Of a stretch of DNA of 64,000 bases, positions 33,339 through 40,957 are shown in pieces. The translations under genes were made by a program, and so were the position numbers. The stretch is from Thermoanaerobaculia bacterium (GTDB lineage Bacteria; Acidobacteriota; Thermoanaerobaculia; Multivoradales; Multivoraceae), in contig OY761158.1 of NCBI GenBank assembly GCA_963664405.1, forward strand, positions 3,904,001 through 3,968,000, read 5' to 3'. A model generated the notes under the pieces. It saw only the letters and a list, made by a program, of their open reading frames with translations. It was not told the origin of the DNA and did not search any database. How positions within the stretch are numbered: the stretch's first letter is position 1; every line of letters begins with the position of its first letter.

Positions 33339-33800
33339 CTAGCCCTCGGGACACGCGCTCGACGTCGCAGCGGTCAGGGCGGCGCGAGGAGACAGCCCTA
33401 CATCGACGAAGCTCTCGATCTCGCGGAGGGTGAAGAGGCCCGGGGGAGCTTGGCCGAAGGTGTCAGTGCCGACGACGATGCGGGCGCCTGCCTGATGGAG
33501 TAAGAGAACATTCTTGCGCCGCGACTCGACCTGGACCGAGTTGGGACCGAAGAGAGCCGCAACTCCGAGCGTCGGAACATAGGACGCGTTCTTCTCGACC
33601 AACAGACGAGCCAGCCGATCGCCGTCCAGGGGGCTTTTGACACCGTGCTCCAGTCCCGCGGCTCCTGCTTCGAGCACCTCGATGGCACTTTCGACGTCTC
33701 CGGTGTGTACAGTCACCGGAAGCCCGAGCTTCGTCGCTTCGTGGAGAAGGGCGCGCATCACCTCCGGCCGCAGCTACTCGGCTAACTGTCGCCGCTCCCA
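33339..33800 (-). pseudogene. Amidohydrolase fragment
   Basis: VTVH, LEHG, YVPTL, VGTD motifs; N-terminal HxH and C-terminus missing. Confidence 0.65.
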
Positions 33801-33831
33801 CCCACAAGCTAGGTGGCCGATCTCTTGCTGG

Positions 33832-34173
33832 CTAGAGCTCACCTAGCCGGCGCAGCTTTTCGCCGACCTCGGTCAGGATGCTCGCGGGCAGCGGCCCGAG
33901 CGCGCGCACGAGCCGGCGGTTGTCGATCGCTCGGCTCTGGTCGATCATGACCTCGCACTCCTGCTGGTTGCCGCCGATTCCGCGAGGCAGCACGACACGC
34001 AGCTGATTCTCACCGGTGAGTCGAGTCGTGCACGGCAAGATCCAGGTCGAGGGGTGGCTGACCTCGTTCAGCAGGTCGGTCTGGATGACCAAGACGGGGC
34101 GGGTCTTGCCTGGCTCGGTCCCTGTGAGCGGGTCGAGATCCGCCAGGTAGAGCACCCCGCGTCGGGCTTTCAC
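33832..34173 (-). CDS. MazF/PemK family toxin
   Basis: RRGVLYLADLDP..GTEPGKTRPVLVIQ, IDQSRAID motifs. Confidence 0.88.
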   Translation of the reverse strand: MKARRGVLYLADLDPLTGTEPGKTRPVLVIQTDLLNEVSHPSTWILPCTTRLTGENQLRVVLPRGIGGNQQECEVMIDQSRAIDNRRLVRALGPLPASILTEVGEKLRRLGEL

Positions 34174-34424
34174 GACTCGGACAGGCCCTCTCCGGAGAGG
34201 TGATCGAGCTCCTCGAGCTCTGCCGCGAGCGACGCGCGCGTAGCCAGGGACGCGCTGCGGTAGGCCTCGCGGAGCGCCTCCCTTTCGGTGACGTCGCGAA
34301 GCAGGCGCAGGCCGCGGCGCACCACCTCGACCTTGGTCTTCGCCTTGAGTTGCGCCTGGAGCTCGAGAACCAGCTTCAGCTCCGCGGGCGGCAGGGTGAT
34401 GCTCGATTTGGTATTCGATTTCAT
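34170..34424 (-). CDS. Putative antitoxin (RHH-like)
   Basis: 84 aa, SITLP...KVEVVRRGLRLL; 4-bp overlap with the toxin gene. Confidence 0.75.
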   Translation of the reverse strand: MKSNTKSSITLPPAELKLVLELQAQLKAKTKVEVVRRGLRLLRDVTEREALREAYRSASLATRASLAAELEELDHLSGEGLSES

Positions 34425-34898
34425 ACCATTAGCATACCTGTTGTCCTCTGCTCGTCAAGGCTTTCGGTGGCGAGCCCGGTCAAGTCATGCTCACTCCCGA
34501 GCAGTGACGCTGGCCCTCGAGTGAGGTAGTCGCTTTACGACACACACTGATGAGAGCCTACTCCTCGACTCGCCCGAGAGGCTCCTACCACCCGAACGCG
34601 GAACTGGCGGAAAACTCTACGGACTCGAGCTGGCCCGTCGCCTCCTGCCGATTGTCGAGAGCCTCATGGCCACCCGTCTCGCCGCCGAGAAGGAAGCACG
34701 TCAGCTCCCCGAGTCCGACTGAGTCGTCGGACCGTCAACGCCATTTTCATCTCAACATCCGAGACTGCGATAGCATCGGTTGCGACGAATGGGAAACCCG
34801 GTGGACCCGGTAGCTATGTTCTGAGACTCTCCTGGCGGCGGCCGGATCTCGCGGTCTGTTTCTTTGTTCTCGCCCACGGAGCCTGGGTCGCGAGCCGG

Positions 34899-36638
34899 TT
34901 GCTCTATCCGGATCCGGCCCTTTATTACCCGTTCGAAGACGGAGACACAGCGGACTGGATCGCAAACGGGCTGTTTCTCGCCGGCTACGACGTTCGCTGT
35001 TCGGCGCGTCCTCCGCTCTTCCCCTTCCTGATCGCCGTTCTCTACCGGGCAGGGCTATTGGGGGTCCTTGCGGCGCTGGTGCAGCTGGCGACTCATCTGA
35101 CCACGCTGGGGCTTTACTTCACACTGGCGCGGCGTCACGGACGAGCGGTGGGAGGGATGGTCGCCGCCTGGTTTCTTCTCGGTAGTGACTGGCAGCGACT
35201 CTCCTTCACCTTAATGGCGGATGTGCCGGCCTCGTGTCTGCTGGCTTGGGCGTTGCTCGCTTGGCTAGCGCCGGAGGGAGCGCCGAGATACGTTCTCGCC
35301 GGCTTCTTCGCAGGTCTCTCGGCGGTTACCCAGCCGGTCGCCCTTCTTTTCGCTCTCCCGGCGGCGGGCGTCGTCATCGCCTTCGATCGTAGTCATCTGC
35401 GCTCTCCGCGTCTGTGGATAGGCGCGGCCCTCTTCGTCGCTCCCGCGCTCGCATGGCGGCTCTACCGCTCGATCGCCCTCGGTTTTAGTGGCGACGTTCT
35501 AACCCGGCATTGGAGCCTCATCGAGCTCCATGGCGACGCTCTTGGCTTCTATCTGTGGAGCTTCCTCGCCTTGGTCGGCATCCCCGCCGCCCTACTCGCT
35601 GTCTCGGGTCTCTGGTCACTACTGCGCCGCATGCGCCAAGATCCCGCCGCAGCTCTCATCGTTGGCGCCCTGGCCAGCATTCTCGTCTTCTTCATCTTCC
35701 TCTACGGTTTCGCGAGCGTTCGCTTTCTGAGCTACGTCGTTCCGTTGACCGCACTTTGTATGGGCGAGAGTTTGAGCCGGGCCGGGAGACGATGTCGCTG
35801 GCTGTTTGGGATGGCCGCGATCTTGTTCGTCGCCTGTCCGACTCCGGGTTCGATCGCCGACGCACATCGGGTGAGTCTGTGGCCTGCGCCCATGATCTGG
35901 GCGGAGGCTGGACCCGGTCGGGGGCCCTCGGGAGCCGTCGGCTTGCAGTCTGTGTCGCTGGTCACCAATCCTCGACTACCCTGGGAGGTCTCGAACTATG
36001 CCCTGCTCGAGCGGACGTGGCGAAAGGAGCGGCCCACCCGGGAGTTCGATCCTTCTCTCGTAGGGGGGGACCGCTCCGCTCTCCTCTTCTACAGCACTCT
36101 CGAGGAGGCACCGGCCCGCTCTCAAGCGATCCCGCTCGGCAATCTGTTGCACAAACAGGTCGGGTATCTTCCCGCCTCCGTCGCTGCGGCCCTGTCTCCG
36201 TTGGTCGAGCTCGAGTCAGTCGGGGGGCTTGCGGAGCACGTCCTCTACCGAGCGCGAGTTGCAGATGTTGATGACAGATGGATTTTCGCCGCTCGTGCTG
36301 GCAGTGTTTCGGCAGCGAGCTTGAGGCGGCGGGCACTGGATGAGACGCCGGCGGCGACTATCGCGGGCGACGATCTGGCTGTTGCCGAAGCGCTCGCCAG
36401 CGCCCTCGAGGGACGTCACATCGTCATCTATGCGAGCACGCGCGGCCTCCACATCTGGCAAGCGCTAGTGCCACTTCTGCTACGCCGAACTCCGGAGGTG
36501 GTGGTAGTGGAGCCCGAGCGCGCGTCGGACATCAAGCGGACTCTTGGGTCCGGCAAGCCGATGGGTGAGATCGCTGGCGTGCCGCTCGCCGAACATCGGC
36601 TCTTCGACTGGGATTGGGTGGTGCTGGGCGAGAGGTGA
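34899..36638 (+). CDS. GT-C fold membrane glycosyltransferase-like protein (start uncertain)
   Basis: DGD, RPPLFP and MADVPA loops among many TMs; frame is open upstream of the TTG. Confidence 0.6.
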   Translation: MLYPDPALYYPFEDGDTADWIANGLFLAGYDVRCSARPPLFPFLIAVLYRAGLLGVLAALVQLATHLTTLGLYFTLARRHGRAVGGMVAAWFLLGSDWQRLSFTLMADVPASCLLAWALLAWLAPEGAPRYVLAGFFAGLSAVTQPVALLFALPAAGVVIAFDRSHLRSPRLWIGAALFVAPALAWRLYRSIALGFSGDVLTRHWSLIELHGDALGFYLWSFLALVGIPAALLAVSGLWSLLRRMRQDPAAALIVGALASILVFFIFLYGFASVRFLSYVVPLTALCMGESLSRAGRRCRWLFGMAAILFVACPTPGSIADAHRVSLWPAPMIWAEAGPGRGPSGAVGLQSVSLVTNPRLPWEVSNYALLERTWRKERPTREFDPSLVGGDRSALLFYSTLEEAPARSQAIPLGNLLHKQVGYLPASVAAALSPLVELESVGGLAEHVLYRARVADVDDRWIFAARAGSVSAASLRRRALDETPAATIAGDDLAVAEALASALEGRHIVIYASTRGLHIWQALVPLLLRRTPEVVVVEPERASDIKRTLGSGKPMGEIAGVPLAEHRLFDWDWVVLGER

Positions 36639-36675
36639 TCGCATCAACGTGAGCGCATTCTGACCTCCTCTCGCT

Positions 36676-36780
36676 TGACCGCGTCCCGTAAACCTGGACC
36701 GGTTTTGGGGCGCCCGGGAGCCTTGACGTGCGACAACGGCACGGAATTCAACTCTCTCGGGCTTCGACTCCTGGGCTGGG
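36676..36780 (+). pseudogene. IS3-family remnant (IR-like end plus integrase fragment)
   Basis: TGACCGCGTCCCGTAAACCTGGACC end-like sequence followed by GRPGALTCDNGTEFNS. Confidence 0.45.
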
Positions 36781-36960
36781 AGGTGTGATGTCAGCGACCC
36801 CAGGCAGCCTTCGGCTGCTGCTTGGGTGCCAGCCGAAAATTTGGGGACGCGATGCGGACACCCGGCCGTCACCTGTTCGGGTGGCGCCTGGCTCGCGAAG
36901 ACGAGCCGAAGACGAGCCGGGCCTGCTAGCGGCTGTCATCTTGGACCAGTATTCGGCTAG

Positions 36961-38514
36961 GAGTCTGCGCGGCAGGAGTGCGGGTACGGTGAAGCTTCGA
37001 TCGCGCTGCAGAATGGACGCCGCATTGGGTTTCGGATGGCGGAGAGTGCGTTGAGCAAGCCTGACGAGGCGTCAGGAAGCGCGATGCGGGTCGTATAGTG
37101 AGCTCTAACTCGGTGGCATGGCCCGGAGCGGCTCATGAAGCCGCTTGGAGGACGTGGAAGCGCTTCAAGTTGACGGCCAGACACACCAGATCCCACTCGT
37201 GGCCGACATTGTCTTGGCCCCGGAGGCTGAATCGTCGGAAGCCCAGCACCTCTTTGATCCACCCGATCACCGGTTCCACGACCGCCTTGCGCCGTCGGTA
37301 GCGTTGCTTGCCGGCCTCGCTGGCGAGTTTGATCTGCATGCGGTGAGACGCTTCGAGCTGCGTACTCACTTCCCACTTCTTTCCCTCTCGACCCAAGGAG
37401 ATGTGAGCGTCAATGCTTCGCTCCTCGAGTTCGAGGAATGTCGCCTCGCTGCGATACCCCGCGTCCGCCAAGACCTGCTCGGGATCCTCCCCCAGCGCCG
37501 CCTTCGCCCGGGAGAGCAACGGCATCATCTGGTCCACGTCCGCGGCGTTGTTCGTCAGGCTCGTCGAGACGATCATCTGCGACTCTTCCTCCACCGCCAA
37601 CTGGCCGTTGTAGCACTGATCGTAGCCATGGACCGTTTTCATGATCCGACTCTGCGGATCGGTGAAGTTGTCTTGGGCCCGGTCCTCCGGAACACCGAAA
37701 TCGCGCGCGAAGGGGCGTCCGCGACGAGGCGGATCGTCGTCGTCATCCTCCGTACGGCCGCGCGCGCGGTCCTTCTCGGCCTGGCGCGCCTCGAGGCGCG
37801 CCTTCGCCTCCTGGATCTTCGCCAAGCGCTGCTCGCGCCGTTGCAGCTCGGCCGGCAGCTCATCGCCGCGCAGCTGCGCTCCATGCTCGGCATCCTCAGC
37901 CGTATCCACCGCCTCGGCCTGCGCCATCAGCGCGGCGATCTCCTCCTCCAGACGCTTCTCCTCCTCCAGCATTCGACCGTAGCTCATCGACTTGCGCTTG
38001 CTCGCGTTGGCCTTGACCTTCGTACCGTCCACCACCAACGTCCCCAGACGCAACACCCCGGCCTCACGCGCGATCTGCACCACCTGCACGAACAGTGCGT
38101 GGAAGGCCGCCAAATGAAGCTGACGAAACTCACAAATCGTGCGATGCGCCGGAGAGTTGCCCGCCGCCAGAAAACGATAGGCCACGTCCTCCTCGAGCTT
38201 GCGCGCGATGCCACGCGACGAATACGTCCCCGTCGCATACGCATACAGCAAAACCTTCACCATCATCCGAGGATCGAACGGCTGATTCCGACGACCATCC
38301 CCCTCGTAACGAGCGTAGAACGACGACAGATCCAGCGCCTCCACCGTCTCGGAGATGAAGTACACCAAGTGACCCTCCGGCAACCAGTCACGAGGGCTCG
38401 GAGCTAACAGATACAGCTGATCCGGGGCATACGGACGAAATGACGTTGGCATGCCACAACTCTACTCCGTCTTCGATCTCTTCACTAAACACTCCGTTTC
38501 TGCCGCGCAGACTC
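36961..38514 (-). mobile_element. IS1182-family insertion sequence
   Basis: 15-bp perfect terminal IR GAGTCTGCGCGGCAG; CTAG duplication at 36957-36960 and 38515-38518. Confidence 0.9.
37133..38452 (-). CDS. IS1182-family transposase
   Basis: WLPEGHLV, PRMMVKVLLYAY, DGTKVKANAS, NFTDPQSRIM, LADAGY, RKAVVEPV motifs. Confidence 0.92.
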   Translation of the reverse strand: MPTSFRPYAPDQLYLLAPSPRDWLPEGHLVYFISETVEALDLSSFYARYEGDGRRNQPFDPRMMVKVLLYAYATGTYSSRGIARKLEEDVAYRFLAAGNSPAHRTICEFRQLHLAAFHALFVQVVQIAREAGVLRLGTLVVDGTKVKANASKRKSMSYGRMLEEEKRLEEEIAALMAQAEAVDTAEDAEHGAQLRGDELPAELQRREQRLAKIQEAKARLEARQAEKDRARGRTEDDDDDPPRRGRPFARDFGVPEDRAQDNFTDPQSRIMKTVHGYDQCYNGQLAVEEESQMIVSTSLTNNAADVDQMMPLLSRAKAALGEDPEQVLADAGYRSEATFLELEERSIDAHISLGREGKKWEVSTQLEASHRMQIKLASEAGKQRYRRRKAVVEPVIGWIKEVLGFRRFSLRGQDNVGHEWDLVCLAVNLKRFHVLQAAS

Positions 38515-39030
38515 CTAGTCGCCCACAATCTCCCAGACCTCCACGGTCAGGCCGGGAGGTTCATCATCATGCGAGGGTTGGAGCATGCCCCGAACGCGAA
38601 TCTTCTGGCCGAGCTCTTCGACGCTCGCTGCCAGGTCGTCGAAGTGTTCTCCACCACTCAGGACGAGCCCCTTCGGCTCATGAGCTAGTTCGAGGACAAG
38701 GAAATCCCCATCTTGGGACACCGGCCCAACCGCTGTGACTTCGATGTCCACTGCGGTGAATCCAGCATCCCGCACTTCTTTTCGAATTCTCTCTGGGTGG
38801 AAGCCGGTGCCCACCTTTGCTACGACCACGGCGGTTGCCGATGCGAAATCAACCTCGGCACGTTCGACGCCGTCCAGGCGTCGCAGGGCCCGTTCGGCCC
38901 CTCGCGCTCAGAGGGGTCACGTCAGGCCGTCGATTCCGAGCTCCGCTCGCTCGACCTGCGCCACGGCTGCCATTGCGGCCATGAGCCACAGCAGCAGTAC
39001 CGCCGATAGGACGCGTTTCGAATTGGTCAT
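38515..39030 (-). CDS. Secreted heavy-metal-associated (HMA/MerP/CopZ-like) protein with two in-frame TGA codons; candidate UxxU selenoprotein, 171 aa
   Basis: GGGAGAGG RBS, ATG 39030, signal peptide, then IDGLT-TGA-PL-TGA-ARGAERALRRLDGVERAEVDF in frame with ORF 38515-38829. Confidence 0.75.
38865..38902 (-). promoter_or_regulatory. Two candidate bacterial SECIS hairpins
   Basis: AGGGGCC-GAAC-GGGCCCU (loop 21 nt after first UGA) and CGACGCC-UGGAC-GGCGUCG (loop 31 nt after second UGA), each with G in the first two loop positions. Confidence 0.5.
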
Positions 39031-39057
39031 TGCGCCTCTCCCTTGTCCACTGTCATT

Positions 39058-39933
39058 CTAGAAAAGCCATCGTACGCCCAAGATGGCACTGACCTTGGGC
39101 TCTGGTTGAATTCCGTTCAAGTCGACGAAGACTGGAACCGGCAGCGAAAGCTCGAGCACGAACCGTCGCGAGAGCAGCAACTCGATTCCCGGCGAAACGT
39201 ATAGGACCGTTCCTCCGGAGTCCGACAAGGTTACACCGGCGACCTCCGAGCGAGCGACGGATTCCCCGTTCAGCTCGAGCACCGCCAGCGTCATCGGCTC
39301 TCCGGGCCCTTCGCGCGGGAAGACCCGGCGCAGGTACGCAAGATCGAAGCGAAATCGATCACCGGATCGAAGGCCGTCGTCATCCTCTCCACGCCGTGTG
39401 AACTGCACGTCGGAGACGATCCAGTCTGGATCGCGAATGTGCGAGAAGACGAGTCCCGCAATCACATCGGTAGAGCCCCTGCCGAAAGTACCGCCCGTGG
39501 GCAGCTTGAGGCCGATCTCGGGCGCGAGGCGCGTCGAACCCGCCCGTACGTTCCGACGCAGCACGTCGTAGCGGGCGAAGATCGTGCTGTCCGCCGTGCC
39601 GCTGCTGACTGTTCGCGCGCCTGAACCGTCCGGGTCGTTCCGCTCTAGCCGCACCAGCGGTGTCACCAGACTGAGACTGAGGTGAGGGCGCGCTCCCCAC
39701 ACAACAGCGTTGATACTGCGCCATCGCTCGAGGTGTTCATCCGGGCGCGGCTCTTCGAAAGCGTCGTACCGGACCAGCGATCGTACGAGAACTCCCCGGT
39801 TGAAGAGAGTGCGCCCCGAGGGCGCCACGATTTGCGCGCTCGCGAGCGCAGCGGGCGCGAGAACCAGGGCGGTCCCTACGGTGCACTTCAGCCACATGAC
39901 CGATGAACCTACGTACCGATCACGGTTTGTCAT
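39058..39933 (-). CDS. Putative outer-membrane beta-barrel transporter (MetA/phenol-degradation-like); start 39933 or 39897
   Basis: Signal peptide, GLKLPTG, SGGTVLYVSPG, terminal aromatic GVRWLF. Confidence 0.65.
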   Translation of the reverse strand: MTNRDRYVGSSVMWLKCTVGTALVLAPAALASAQIVAPSGRTLFNRGVLVRSLVRYDAFEEPRPDEHLERWRSINAVVWGARPHLSLSLVTPLVRLERNDPDGSGARTVSSGTADSTIFARYDVLRRNVRAGSTRLAPEIGLKLPTGGTFGRGSTDVIAGLVFSHIRDPDWIVSDVQFTRRGEDDDGLRSGDRFRFDLAYLRRVFPREGPGEPMTLAVLELNGESVARSEVAGVTLSDSGGTVLYVSPGIELLLSRRFVLELSLPVPVFVDLNGIQPEPKVSAILGVRWLF

Positions 39934-40342
39934 GGCCACAGGATTGTGTGCCGTCGAGTGCGGCCAGAATCGCGCACTGCGACACGGGAGCCTCGCCATT
40001 ACATTTGGCGGTCAGTCGCTCTAGAAGACGGCGCATTTCCCTGAGCTCTACCAACCGGAGGTCGATCTCTGCGATGCGTGCCTCGGCGACAGCTTTCACC
40101 GAGCCGGCGTTCTGTCTGGAAGCGCGCAGCTCGAGAAGCTCCTTGATCTCGCTAAGCGAGAATCCGACTGCTTTCGCCCGGCGGATGAATCGCAGGCGCG
40201 ACACCGCTTCGGGGGGATACTGACGGTAGCCGGAGGAACTGCGAGGGGGCTCATCCAAGAGGCCCGTCTTTTCATAAAAACGCACGGTTTCCACACCGAC
40301 GTCTCCGGCGCGTGCGAGCTTGCCTATTGTGAGTCGCTGCAT
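39920..40342 (-). CDS. MerR-family metal-responsive regulator
   Basis: TIGKLA..VGVETVRFYE, GYRQY, FIRRAKAVGFSLSEI, C-x8-C metal loop; GGAGG RBS. Confidence 0.92.
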   Translation of the reverse strand: MQRLTIGKLARAGDVGVETVRFYEKTGLLDEPPRSSSGYRQYPPEAVSRLRFIRRAKAVGFSLSEIKELLELRASRQNAGSVKAVAEARIAEIDLRLVELREMRRLLERLTAKCNGEAPVSQCAILAALDGTQSCGHDKP

Positions 40343-40359
40343 CGACACCTCCAGATGAG

Positions 40360-40391
40360 AGCCTAAACCCTGGAGACAGGTACGGAGTCAA
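40360..40391 (-). promoter_or_regulatory. MerR-type promoter/operator with long spacer
   Basis: TTGACT-20 bp-TAGGCT with imperfect dyad ACTCCGTA/TCCAGGGT, resembling merT/zntA promoters. Confidence 0.75.
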
Positions 40392-40487
40392 ATGATGCGA
40401 CTCACAGAAACCGGCCCGGTCAACGCGACTCGCTGTCTGATTGCCGAACACTTCGTCATTGACACGCCGTTAAGTTTTTTGTTTTGT

Positions 40488-40536
40488 TGGTGGAGCCGAA
40501 GGGAATCGAACCCTCGACCTCTTGAATGCCATTCAA
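40488..40536 (-). other. 3' fragment of tRNA-Ala(GGC); att site of an integrated element
   Basis: TTGAATGGCATTCAAGAGGTCGAGGGTTCGATTCCCTTCGGCTCCACCA: anticodon arm, T-arm and CCA present; 5' acceptor strand and D-arm absent. Confidence 0.85.
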
Positions 40537-40776
40537 CCATGGGGGCGTTTGGCTGAGTTCTACGAGTGAGGCTCAGTTGCTCTGAGTCAGTAAGTACAGG
40601 GACTTACGGCTGCGTGCTCCTCGGATGAGCCAGTCGGAGTTGAGGCAGTTTGGCTGAGTTGATGAGCAGGAGGTGAGCAGCTCGTCGGGTAGGGGACCAG
40701 CGACGGCTTCAGATCGGTGCCATCCTGGAGCGGGCTCCCGCAGAGGTCGAAACGACGCCGGTGCTGAGAGGTCAGG

Positions 40777-40896
40777 TGTCGCACCTTCGCACATATTGCG
40801 ACAAACTGTCGTCTTTCGCCCCTGGGCCAACACGACAGTCCAACGTCTACGGGCCTTTCCGAGCATCGGTGGCGTCTTATGTGGTGGACTACGACA
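40777..40896 (+). repeat. Palindrome element A (three TGTCG...CGACA sites)
   Basis: Sites 40777-40803 (N17), 40807-40837 (N21), 40870-40896 (N17, TGGCG variant, GGTG core). Confidence 0.8.
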
Positions 40897-40957
40897 CCAC
40901 GGATCGAGCTCTGGGCCGCTGATCCCAACGGGCGACGGGTAAGATGTGGCCAAGTCA

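Noticed and set aside
34545-34725. SGNH-like C-terminal gene fragment
   Set aside because: Too short and would need a frameshift; resemblance is weak.
40488-40536. Intact tRNA-Ala gene
   Set aside because: The 5' acceptor strand and D-arm are absent.
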